The position numbers were made by a program, and so were the translations under genes. Below are positions 28,854-37,466 of a stretch of DNA of 64,000 nucleotides, in pieces. The notes beneath the pieces are model-generated. The model saw nothing but the letters and a program-made list of their open reading frames with translations, was not told the origin of the DNA and searched no databases. Location: positions 838-64,837 of the forward strand of contig CALMGJ010000020.1 in assembly GCA_937863565.1 (NCBI GenBank), given 5' to 3'. Every line of letters starts with the position of its first letter. Within the stretch, counting starts at the first letter, position 1. This stretch comes from an uncultured bacterium. GTDB lineage: Bacteria > AUK180.

Positions 28854-29900
28854 ATGCCGAAGGTCATACTCGGACTTTCGGGCGGCATTGACAGCACCGC
28901 AGCCCTTATCCTTCTATTAGAACACGGTTTTGAACCGCATTGCATAATGCTGAGGGTCTATGACGGCACTTCAAAATGCAGCGCAGAGAAAAGTGCCCGT
29001 TTAGCGGCAGATATCACGAAAAGGCTTGGCGTTCCATTTGAACTGATCGATGTCCGCAAAGAGTTCAGGGAGCAAGTTCTGGATTATTTCTACGTGTCTT
29101 ATAAAAAGGGAGAAACCCCTAATCCCTGCGTGCAGTGCAATCTTAAGATCAAATTCAGGTACCTGAGCGAAATAAGACAGGAGAAAGGAGCCGATTTCAT
29201 CGCAACCGGACATTATGCCAAAATGAACCTTTTCAACGGAAAACATCTCATAAGCTGCTCCCGGGATATTAAGAAAGACCAGACATATTTTCTCGGATTT
29301 CTCGGAGAGGAAATTACGCGATATCTCATGTTCCCTCTCGGATCTTATCTCAAGGAAGGGATGAGAAAGATCATCAGCGAGGCGGGATTACCTCTTCCCG
29401 AGATCGCCGGCGAGTCACAGGACCTTTGCTTCACGGAAGATAAAGATATCCCCTCTTTTCTTGAGAGCGAATATGGATTCCGTGTTGATGAAGGGGATCT
29501 TGTTTTCGGCAGTAAAAAACTCGGCGTTCATAAAGGATACCCTTTCTATACGATCGGACAGAGGAAAAGACTTTCTCACAATTACCATCTCCCGTTGTAT
29601 GTCAGGGAAAAGGATATTGAAAGCAATACCGTATATATCGACCTCAAGGAGAATACGGAATCGCAGGAGTTCATCTTTTCGAATGCTGTCTTTCATGTCG
29701 ATCCGGGATGCCTTGACGGGCAGGAATTATTCGTGAAATTGAGGCACAGGGGAGAAAAGATCAAATGCGGACTCCGTAAAGAGAACGGGACCTACAGAAT
29801 AAGTCTCGAGGGGAACAAAGCGATGATCACTCCCGGTCAAGCAGCTGTGATCTATTTCAAAGATATGGTCTGTGCAGCAGGCTGGCAGAAGCGCTCTTGA
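28854..29900 (+). CDS. mnmA: tRNA 2-thiouridylase
   Basis: SGGIDS, PNPCVQCN..IKF, ATGHYA, KDQTYFL, SQDLCF, YTIGQR, TPGQ. Confidence 0.94.
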   Translation: MPKVILGLSGGIDSTAALILLLEHGFEPHCIMLRVYDGTSKCSAEKSARLAADITKRLGVPFELIDVRKEFREQVLDYFYVSYKKGETPNPCVQCNLKIKFRYLSEIRQEKGADFIATGHYAKMNLFNGKHLISCSRDIKKDQTYFLGFLGEEITRYLMFPLGSYLKEGMRKIISEAGLPLPEIAGESQDLCFTEDKDIPSFLESEYGFRVDEGDLVFGSKKLGVHKGYPFYTIGQRKRLSHNYHLPLYVREKDIESNTVYIDLKENTESQEFIFSNAVFHVDPGCLDGQELFVKLRHRGEKIKCGLRKENGTYRISLEGNKAMITPGQAAVIYFKDMVCAAGWQKRS

Positions 29901-29915
29901 AGCTGCACTTGTTCT

Positions 29916-30944
29916 TCAAAGCAATTTTCCCGTATAGTCCGTTATCGCTTTTTTAAGTCTTTCAAGATCACCGTCCCCCACATCATTGTGGAAAGTGACC
30001 CTCACCCTGTCTCCATGCGGAATAACGAGGATGCCTTGCTCTTCCAGCGTTCTGATGACCCTCATATTGTCTTTAATGTGGAAATATACCATGTTCGTAT
30101 TAACGCTTTCCCTGTCCAAACTGATGCCGGGAATATCGCTTAAAAAATCCGCGAATGCGGAGGCCCTTTCATGATCTTCTTTCAATCTTTCGATCATCTT
30201 CGTAAGCCCGATTATCCCGCAAATGGCAAGTATACCCGCTTGTCTCATCCCTCCGCCAAGCATTTTCCTTATCTTTCTGGCTTTCTTCATATGTTCTTTA
30301 GTGCCGAGAAGAAGAGACCCCACCGGCGAACAGAGACCTTTGGAAAGACATATCATTACCGTATCCGCATAAGAGGCGAGCTCTGCTGCCGAGAGTTTCA
30401 GATGAAGCGCGGCATTGAAAATACGCGCGCCGTCAAGATGAACATGCAGTCCTTCGCTTTCGGCGATCGCCTTTATCTCTTTCATGTATTCCGGAGAGAC
30501 CGCAACGCCGCCGTCATCATTGTGAGGGTTCTCAAGGCATATAAGAGCGGTTTTCGGAAAATGAATATCCTCTCCCCTGATGCACTTTTTCACTTCATCG
30601 GGGTCCATTCTGCCCCGTATTGTTTTCAGTGTTCTTGTTTGTAGCCCGGCTAGACGCGCGGCAGCACCGACCTCGTGCTGGATGATATGCGATGTATCCG
30701 AGAGTATGATCTCGTCTCCGGGATCCGAAAGGACCCTGAGCGCTATCTGATTTCCCATGGTTCCGCTGGGAACAAAGAGTGCCTCCTCCTTTTTCAACAT
30801 CTCTGCCGCAAGAGATTCAAGGCGGTTGACCGTCGGATCGTCGCCGAAAACATCATCTCCCACTTCTACCGTCATCATTGCCTTGCGCATCTCTTCAGTA
30901 GGTCTTGTCACCGTATCCGATCTGAAATCCGATATCCTATCCAT
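29916..30944 (-). CDS. ltaE: low-specificity L-threonine aldolase
   Basis: DFRSDTVT.P, GDDVFGDDPT, HLDGARIFNA, CLSKGL. Confidence 0.94.
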   Translation of the reverse strand: MDRISDFRSDTVTRPTEEMRKAMMTVEVGDDVFGDDPTVNRLESLAAEMLKKEEALFVPSGTMGNQIALRVLSDPGDEIILSDTSHIIQHEVGAAARLAGLQTRTLKTIRGRMDPDEVKKCIRGEDIHFPKTALICLENPHNDDGGVAVSPEYMKEIKAIAESEGLHVHLDGARIFNAALHLKLSAAELASYADTVMICLSKGLCSPVGSLLLGTKEHMKKARKIRKMLGGGMRQAGILAICGIIGLTKMIERLKEDHERASAFADFLSDIPGISLDRESVNTNMVYFHIKDNMRVIRTLEEQGILVIPHGDRVRVTFHNDVGDGDLERLKKAITDYTGKLL

Positions 30945-31055
30945 AATCTCTCCATAAAAAAGAAATTTAACATATTTTCCCGAAAAATCCAAAAATCCCG
31001 TTTATCGGCCCGTTCACGGCACACCTTTACCCGGCCCGCCTACTCAGTTGCACTG

Positions 31056-31084
31056 TTGATTTTTTTACATTTTCCTGTTATAAT
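31056..31084 (+). promoter_or_regulatory. sigma70 promoter of tRNA-Leu
   Basis: TTGATT-17-TATAAT with TGn extension. Confidence 0.75.
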
Positions 31085-31094
31085 ATGCGGAATT

Positions 31095-31178
31095 GCCGGG
31101 ATGGCGAAATTGGCAGACGCGCATGGTTCAGGTCCATGTGGAGGCAACTCTTTGCAGGTTCAACTCCTGTTCCCGGCA
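31095..31178 (+). tRNA. tRNA-Leu(CAG), CCA not encoded
   Basis: GCCGGGA/TCCCGGC acceptor stem, CATGG-TTCAGGT-CCATG anticodon arm, long variable arm, GGTTCAACTCC T-loop. Confidence 0.95.
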
Positions 31179-32047
31179 CTTCCTTTCTCGTACCGGAATC
31201 CCTTCACATCTGTATATCTGGCGATCTTGAGCGTTTTTTCACCAGTATAAATGAACCTTCCCGGTGCACCGGACGCCTTTTTCAGGAATTTCTTTCTTGT
31301 ATACACCACATCGATCTCGGAAGCAGAAAACCCCTTCGAATGTATCATTGCAAGTAACGCTCCGAACCTGAGAAGTTCGAAATCGGGTGTTTCTTCGGGA
31401 GCTATGAGGAAAACGCTCGAACCGTGATAATCCCTTGCATGGAACCACCAGTCATTACCCCCTCCCGCGAATTTGAAAAGATCCCCGTTCTCATGTTCAT
31501 TTCTTCCGACTAGAAAGAAGTGTTCCTTATAATAATAGATCTTTCCCAGTGTTTTTCTGATCCGTTTGACTTTACCGACATCAGGCAGCTCGAGACGATA
31601 CTTCTTTTTCAGTTCTTTGAGAAATTCAATATCATCGGCAGCATCGATCTTTGAAAGAAGCTCCTTAAATTCCGAGATCTCTTCCTCGGACTCCTTCAGT
31701 CTTTCCAGAGAGACGGCAAGACCCTTTTTCATCTTCCGCCCTTTCTTGAAATACTCCTCCATGTTCTCAAGAGGGGTCAACTCCGGTTTCAGGACGATCT
31801 CGACAGTGCTTCCGTTCTCCCAATCCTGCATTGAAAACGAAGACGCGCCTTTTTTTATCTTAGCAAGAGAGTATTTCAAAAGTTCACCCGTCTTCAGATG
31901 AACTTCATAAAGGGAGTATTTTTTGATATCGTTCCCGATATTAGTTATTTTTTTTGCAGTTTTTCTGATCAGGGTCTTTATATGAGCCGTAAGAACGGTC
32001 TTCAGCCGTACGGCTTCTTCCCCGGGGTCATCACCTTTTCGCAACAT
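31160..32047 (-). CDS. NFACT-R domain protein (short RqcH/FbpA-like)
   Basis: L...LTP.EN.E.YF..G.K coiled coil; VGRNEHEN, DWWFHARDYHGSSV, VVYT.KK.L.K. Confidence 0.85.
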   Translation of the reverse strand: MLRKGDDPGEEAVRLKTVLTAHIKTLIRKTAKKITNIGNDIKKYSLYEVHLKTGELLKYSLAKIKKGASSFSMQDWENGSTVEIVLKPELTPLENMEEYFKKGRKMKKGLAVSLERLKESEEEISEFKELLSKIDAADDIEFLKELKKKYRLELPDVGKVKRIRKTLGKIYYYKEHFFLVGRNEHENGDLFKFAGGGNDWWFHARDYHGSSVFLIAPEETPDFELLRFGALLAMIHSKGFSASEIDVVYTRKKFLKKASGAPGRFIYTGEKTLKIARYTDVKGFRYEKGSAGNRS

Positions 32048-32390
32048 CGAGAAAATGGAAAGAATATATATAGCCGCCAATGGAGAACATATCCCCTTCC
32101 TTGAGTATTCTTTTTTTGATCCTTACATTATCCACAAAAGTCCCGTTTGTTGAATCAAGGTCCTCCAGGATGAAAGATGCATCAGAATCATTTATCGAGC
32201 AGTGTATTCTGGAGATATTGTCATCATCTATGGTAAGGTCGCAATCATCGCTTCTTCCTATAATGAACTTTCTTGCCGAGATCAGTACTTTTTCCTTTGT
32301 TTTCGAGTTTATTAAAAAACTTCTCGGGATATAGTTCTGATCCTCCGGCTGAAGCACATTCGTCGACTCATTCCATTTGTCTTCCATCAT
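32031..32390 (-). CDS. FHA domain protein
   Basis: IGR, ISRIH, DLDSTNGTFV. Confidence 0.93.
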   Translation of the reverse strand: MMEDKWNESTNVLQPEDQNYIPRSFLINSKTKEKVLISARKFIIGRSDDCDLTIDDDNISRIHCSINDSDASFILEDLDSTNGTFVDNVRIKKRILKEGDMFSIGGYIYSFHFLDVAKR

Positions 32391-32794
32391 TTCACCTCGA
32401 AATACGGGACAGTGCCTTCTTTCCTCGCAACTTTAATGATCCCCCTTTTTTTCATCGTATTAAGAAGATTGGAGGCATAACTGCGGTTATAGGAAAATTT
32501 CGCGCAGATCTCGGCCGTGCTTCTCGGTATCCTCAGGAATTCCAGAAGTCTTTCATCGCGCGCTTCTCCCCTTTTGTTCTTTCCTTTCGCTCTCGAGGAA
32601 TTCTTACGAAGTGATTCCTCGGCAAAATCCCCGATCTCTTCTACCCGCTCCTTCATCCGTTTCAGCTCCTCCATGGAGCGTTCCAGCTTTTCCAGTCTCG
32701 CGTCTATCTGGTTTATTCTTGCAAGAACCTTCGTTTCAAAGGATTCAATGATCTCAGCGAATTCTTCTACTTTGAGATTTTTAAATATGGCCAT
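32387..32794 (-). CDS. coiled-coil plus winged-helix hypothetical protein
   Basis: Heptad N-terminus; STAEICAKF..NRSYAS..LN.MKKRGII wHTH-like end. Confidence 0.65.
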   Translation of the reverse strand: MAIFKNLKVEEFAEIIESFETKVLARINQIDARLEKLERSMEELKRMKERVEEIGDFAEESLRKNSSRAKGKNKRGEARDERLLEFLRIPRSTAEICAKFSYNRSYASNLLNTMKKRGIIKVARKEGTVPYFEVK

Positions 32795-32795
32795 C

Positions 32796-33302
32796 TCAGC
32801 TGACCGCAAGGATCAACGCAACAACGGAAATAATGAACGAACCTATTGAGATATAGTAAAGGGTCTTATACTGCCCGGTGTCTTTTGAGCCCATCCTGTC
32901 TTCGAGCTCCTTCACCTTCTCTATCGTCTTGTTTATCGAATTTTTATTGATCATGATATCCTGCTGCATGCCCGCCATCATGTTCTTCATCTCAGTGAGA
33001 AGGCTTGACTGCAGTTTGAAATTCTCGTCGCTGACGTCGATCTCGTCCCCTTGATCGGGATGGAGCAGTTTATTCACAAGCCTGTCCGTTGCTACAGCGA
33101 ACTCGTATCTGGTAAGGGCTTTGTCCCCCTGAAATGTCAGTTCACCCTTTTTCACTATACCCTTGAATATGCCGAATTCGCTCATTCTCAGCACGGAGCC
33201 GTAAGCCCAGTGCGTATTGACAAGATCTTTGTACGGATTGTTCTCGGCGTTTACCGCGAACGCTGCGCAGATGATAAAAACGGCCAGCAGGACCTTCTTC
33301 AT
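32796..33302 (-). CDS. SLH-domain envelope tether (signal peptide-SLH-coiled coil-TM)
   Basis: Y.D....HWAY.SV...GIFKG...F.GD..LTRYEFA; C-terminal hydrophobic helix. Confidence 0.88.
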   Translation of the reverse strand: MKKVLLAVFIICAAFAVNAENNPYKDLVNTHWAYGSVLRMSEFGIFKGIVKKGELTFQGDKALTRYEFAVATDRLVNKLLHPDQGDEIDVSDENFKLQSSLLTEMKNMMAGMQQDIMINKNSINKTIEKVKELEDRMGSKDTGQYKTLYYISIGSFIISVVALILAVS

Positions 33303-33305
33303 AGA

Positions 33306-34460
33306 TCACTCCTTGTATTTGTTGAAAATTTCCAATATTTCTTCGCGGCCCTTGAAAAAGGCCTCGACGACATAGGGGCAGAATTGTTTTCCGCTTTGTT
33401 CCTCTATGTATGTGAATACCTTGTCCAGGGGCCATGGACCTTTATATACACGTTTTACCGAAAGCGCGTCAAAAACATCGGAAAGAGAGCATATTCTTCC
33501 CTCGATAGGGATCTCTTCACCCCGGAGTTTTTTAGGATACCCCTCACCGTCCCATTTCTCATGATGGGAAAGAGCGATATCCCGGGCCATTTTGATAACA
33601 TCGGAATCAGGATTTTTCAGGATATCGGCGCCGATCGTCGTATGCTTCTCCATGATCCGCCGCTCATCGTCATCCAGGGGCCCCGGTTTCCCTAAAATAG
33701 CATCGGGAACGCCGAGCTTCCCTATATCGTGCATAGGCGATGCGTAAAGAACGAGTTCCTGGAAATCACGGTTGAACCCCATATGTTTTGCGATTATCGT
33801 CGAATAATTGCTCATCCTCTCAAGATGATGGGCCGTATCGGGATCTTTGTATTCTGCCGCGCTGACAAGCCTGTATATCGTGGAAAGATGTGATTCCTTC
33901 AAACTTTGCGCGAGAAGCGCATTCTTCAATGCTATCGCAGCGAAAGAACCGAGCGTGCATACGAGTTTTACATCTTCCTCTGAAAAGCTTACGATATCGC
34001 CCGAGGGCGTCATTGAATTAATTATCTGGAGCACCCCTATGATCTCACCGTCGCGGTCTTTAAGCGGTATCACGAGCATGGACTGCGTATGGTATTCGAA
34101 TTTGCGGTCAAAAGTATCCCAGTGTTTATACGGCAATTTGGAGTCCAGCCGGTACACGTCCTGAATGTTAAGTATTTCGCCGGTTAAAGCCACATATCCT
34201 GAAAGATTCTCTTTCGTCAAAGGAACGGGGTTAGGTTTGAAGAGCCGGGCAGAATCCATCTTGAACCGTTTTTCGAGAGTATCGTTCTGGCTGGCGATGA
34301 ACTCCAATCTGCTGTCCGTTCTGATATATATGCTTCCCGCATCTGCGTTCGTGATCTCACGGGATGTCTTGAGTATAGTCCGGAAAAGAGTGTCCAGATT
34401 AGTCTCTGAGGAGAGTATCAGGCCGATATCAATGATCTTTTCAAGACTGCGTTCTTTCAT
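33306..34460 (-). CDS. GAF + HD-GYP cyclic-dinucleotide phosphodiesterase
   Basis: ADAGSIY GAF, MHDIGK, HHEKWDGEGYP, SDVFDAL...R.YK; start reassigned to MKERS. Confidence 0.92.
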   Translation of the reverse strand: MKERSLEKIIDIGLILSSETNLDTLFRTILKTSREITNADAGSIYIRTDSRLEFIASQNDTLEKRFKMDSARLFKPNPVPLTKENLSGYVALTGEILNIQDVYRLDSKLPYKHWDTFDRKFEYHTQSMLVIPLKDRDGEIIGVLQIINSMTPSGDIVSFSEEDVKLVCTLGSFAAIALKNALLAQSLKESHLSTIYRLVSAAEYKDPDTAHHLERMSNYSTIIAKHMGFNRDFQELVLYASPMHDIGKLGVPDAILGKPGPLDDDERRIMEKHTTIGADILKNPDSDVIKMARDIALSHHEKWDGEGYPKKLRGEEIPIEGRICSLSDVFDALSVKRVYKGPWPLDKVFTYIEEQSGKQFCPYVVEAFFKGREEILEIFNKYKE

Positions 34461-34577
34461 TTGTTTGATTATACTAAAAAGACGGTAAAAATACAAATAA
34501 TGCAACACTATGAAAACCAGGCTTCGCGCGTCATGCAGTTTTTTTACAACTCCATCCTGCCTCTTCGGAAAATCTTT

Positions 34578-34641
34578 TTGACTTATTTCATTTAAATGTG
34601 TATAATTCCAAAGTATAGCATTTTTTGGCATTAAATATGCA
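34578..34641 (+). promoter_or_regulatory. tandem sigma70 and candidate sigma54 promoters of the amidase operon
   Basis: TTGACT-17-TATAAT (34578-34606); TGGCATTAAATATGCA with GG-N10-GC (34626-34641). Confidence 0.6.
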
Positions 34642-34651
34642 GGCATAAACC

Positions 34652-35962
34652 ATGATGAAATATTTTCTGGCGCTCGCGCTTATTCTTATAGGATCTTCGC
34701 TGGGAGCCTTCTCGCTTAATGATTTCTGCGCGAAGAATTCAGCCGATTATTCATATGACCCCGATTTCAATATCCTTACGCTCAGGTGGAACGGAAGGAC
34801 CTTCAATTTCTTCGTGAACGGATCTGTTTACTATGAAGGCATCAAGGTCTACTACCTTACCAGGGATGTTACCGTCCGCAGCAATGACTTTCTGATAGAC
34901 GATGATTTCCTCTCCCGCTGGATGCCTAAAAAGGGCATACACAAATTCGAGGTAACCCGTTCCGGAGAACTCACTGTTCTTACTTTCTTCTCCTTCTCTA
35001 AGATCGCCGTTACCAATACGGACATAGGGTGCTTCACTCTTGAGGGCGAGGATCCTTCCGATATCAAGCCTGAATACCAGAACGATACCGAGAGAGGGAT
35101 CGAGTACATAAAGTCTTTCGATAATAAAGTTGAACTGAAATTCACTAATGCGGCGGAGATCTCCTGTGAGAACTCCGGCACGCAGGAAGTAAGGTTCGTA
35201 TACAAGATACTGAAACCTGTCGAAAAACTCAAGGAGCCGGAGCCGGTGATAAAAAAGAGCAACGGATTCGATAAGAAGAAGATCACGATCGTTCTCGATC
35301 CCGGCCACGGAGGCAAAGATCCCGGTGCGATCGGCATAACGGGAGTTAAAGAAAAGGCCGTAGTCCTTTCACTTTCCAAACAGATCCACTTGCTTTTAAA
35401 GGACCTCGGGTACAGCGTTCTTCTGACCCGGAGTTCCGATAATTTCATACCCCTCCGTCAGCGCACGGAGTTTGCCAATAAGAACAATGCTTCCCTGTTC
35501 GTAAGCGTGCATGCCAATGTAGCCTTCAATCCGGGCGTATACGGATTCGATATCTATTACCTCTCCACCTCGGCCTCGGATGACGAATCGCGGCAGGTCG
35601 CCGCATACGAGAACAATGTTATCAAACTTGAACAGGCCGAGAAAAAGGATACGCTCGGCGAAATAATCTGGTCTATGCTTTCAAATGAGTTCGAGAACGA
35701 ATCCATTACCCTTGGAGGCATACTCGCTAAACACATGAAGGAGATAGGCGCGCCGAACGGGAACCCTGTCAAACACGCGCGTTTCTATGTCCTGTACGGT
35801 GCAACTATGCCTGCCATCCTCATTGAAAGCGGATTTCTTACCAATAAAAAAGAAGAGGCTAAACTCAAAAACCAGGAATATCAGAAGAAACTCGCCGAAA
35901 GGGTCGTAGGCGGGTTGGACGAATACATTGAAAAGAACTACAGGAAATTTATAAATGATTAG
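34652..35962 (+). CDS. amiC: N-acetylmuramoyl-L-alanine amidase (Amidase_3)
   Basis: Signal peptide; IVLDPGHGGKDPGA, EK, SVHAN, ILIESGFLTN. Confidence 0.92.
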   Translation: MMKYFLALALILIGSSLGAFSLNDFCAKNSADYSYDPDFNILTLRWNGRTFNFFVNGSVYYEGIKVYYLTRDVTVRSNDFLIDDDFLSRWMPKKGIHKFEVTRSGELTVLTFFSFSKIAVTNTDIGCFTLEGEDPSDIKPEYQNDTERGIEYIKSFDNKVELKFTNAAEISCENSGTQEVRFVYKILKPVEKLKEPEPVIKKSNGFDKKKITIVLDPGHGGKDPGAIGITGVKEKAVVLSLSKQIHLLLKDLGYSVLLTRSSDNFIPLRQRTEFANKNNASLFVSVHANVAFNPGVYGFDIYYLSTSASDDESRQVAAYENNVIKLEQAEKKDTLGEIIWSMLSNEFENESITLGGILAKHMKEIGAPNGNPVKHARFYVLYGATMPAILIESGFLTNKKEEAKLKNQEYQKKLAERVVGGLDEYIEKNYRKFIND

Positions 35963-36749
35963 AAGACCCATAGGTATCTTTGATTCCGGTATCGGCGGTT
36001 TGACCGTCCTGAACAGGCTGCTCGAAGCGATGCCAGGCGAAAATTTTGTGTATTTCGGCGATACCGCCAGGCTCCCCTACGGTTCGAAATCGAAGGATGC
36101 CATAGTTCATTATTCACAGCAGAATGCCAGGTTCCTTCTTTCCAGAAAAGTGAAGATGATCATCGTTGCCTGCAATTCCGCTTCTTCGAATGCGCTTACA
36201 TCGCTCAAACGGAATTTCGACGTTCCCGTCTTCGGCGTTATAGAACCGGCGATCAGAGGTATAAAGAAAGGCTTTGGGAAGATCGGTCTCATCGGAACTT
36301 ATGCAACGGTCGAATCGGGTGCTTATCAATCGCTGATAATAAGGTCCTTTCCCGGGATCAAGATCTTTCCCAGGGCCTGTCCGCTCTTCGTTCCCTTCGT
36401 TGAGGAGGGCATGGCCAATTCGAACATAGCGCTTGAAGTGATCAGGTATTACCTTGAACCTATGAAAAGGAAGAACATCGATGCACTGATCCTTGCCTGT
36501 ACACATTACCCGGTGCTCGCTAAGAAGCTGGGAAGCTATTTCGGAAAGAGCACCGCACTTATCGATCCTGCTGCCGAACTCGCGCGAGAGATCAAGGTCT
36601 TCGTCAGGGAACGGGGCATTTCCAATCCGTCCGGAGGAAAAATAGATTTTTTCTTAAGCGACATACCGCGGAATTTCGGAGCGCTGGCGGGGCATTTTCT
36701 GAAAAGGGAGATCGGCCGAATTAAAAAAATAGACATAGAGAGGTATTAA
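35955..36749 (+). CDS. murI: glutamate racemase
   Basis: FDSGIGGL, PYG.K, ACNSAS, LACTHYP. Confidence 0.96.
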   Translation: MIRRPIGIFDSGIGGLTVLNRLLEAMPGENFVYFGDTARLPYGSKSKDAIVHYSQQNARFLLSRKVKMIIVACNSASSNALTSLKRNFDVPVFGVIEPAIRGIKKGFGKIGLIGTYATVESGAYQSLIIRSFPGIKIFPRACPLFVPFVEEGMANSNIALEVIRYYLEPMKRKNIDALILACTHYPVLAKKLGSYFGKSTALIDPAAELAREIKVFVRERGISNPSGGKIDFFLSDIPRNFGALAGHFLKREIGRIKKIDIERY

Positions 36750-37466
36750 GTGAGAAGCGGAAGAGGGAACGACGAATTGCGGAAGATCGAAGTGATCAAG
36801 AACCTGAATAAATGGGCGGAAGGTTCAGCTGAAGTCATCTGGGGGGGGAATCGGATCAATGTCACCGCCTCCTTGGAAAAGAGGGTACCTCCTCATCTTC
36901 TCAACACGAATTCCGGATGGATCGCTGTCGAATACAGAATGCTCCCGCGCTCCACTTCGGTGCGGAAGATCAGAAATGAGAACCTCATCAATACCGACGC
37001 GAGACAGGTAGAGATCTCCCGCATACTCGGAAGGATCATCCGCAATACGGTTGATCTTACCGCTTTCCCGAAAAAAACTATATGGCTCGACTGTGATGTG
37101 ATACAAGCCGACGGAGGCACGAGGATCGCCGCCTTGTTCGGCGCTTTCATTGCGCTGCACGAATGTCTGAAAATGATGCGCACACAGGGGATTTTCACTG
37201 AGATGCCTCTCAAATACCGCGTTTGCGGGATCAGCGCTGCCATCAAGGACGGTGAAATACTCGTTGATCCGGATTTTAACGAAGATTTCTCTTCAGATGC
37301 AGATATCAATATCTTCCAGAACGACAAAGGCGAGATCCTGGAGATCCAGGGAGGAGCCGAAGGACGCGGTTACTCCGGAAATAAACTCATGGAACTCTTG
37401 GAGAAAGTGCAACCCGTTTTCAGAGAACTTTTCGACCTGCAGAAGAACATCGTAGATGGAGGATAA
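36750..37466 (+). CDS. rph: ribonuclease PH
   Basis: GW...EY.MLPRST, EISR..GR, DCDVIQADGGTR, EIQG.AEG. Confidence 0.93.
   Translation: MRSGRGNDELRKIEVIKNLNKWAEGSAEVIWGGNRINVTASLEKRVPPHLLNTNSGWIAVEYRMLPRSTSVRKIRNENLINTDARQVEISRILGRIIRNTVDLTAFPKKTIWLDCDVIQADGGTRIAALFGAFIALHECLKMMRTQGIFTEMPLKYRVCGISAAIKDGEILVDPDFNEDFSSDADINIFQNDKGEILEIQGGAEGRGYSGNKLMELLEKVQPVFRELFDLQKNIVDGG

Noticed and set aside
31015..31035. Sigma54 promoter CGGCACACC upstream of tRNA-Leu
   Set aside because: No GC at the -12 position; a good sigma70 promoter explains the tRNA
31095..31178. Prophage or island att site at tRNA-Leu or tRNA-Ser
   Set aside because: No integrase and no direct duplication of either tRNA 3' end was seen in the window
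32031..32080. Frameshift fusion of the FHA and NFACT-R genes
   Set aside because: The FHA domain ends naturally and an in-frame ATG at 32047 gives an ordinary overlap
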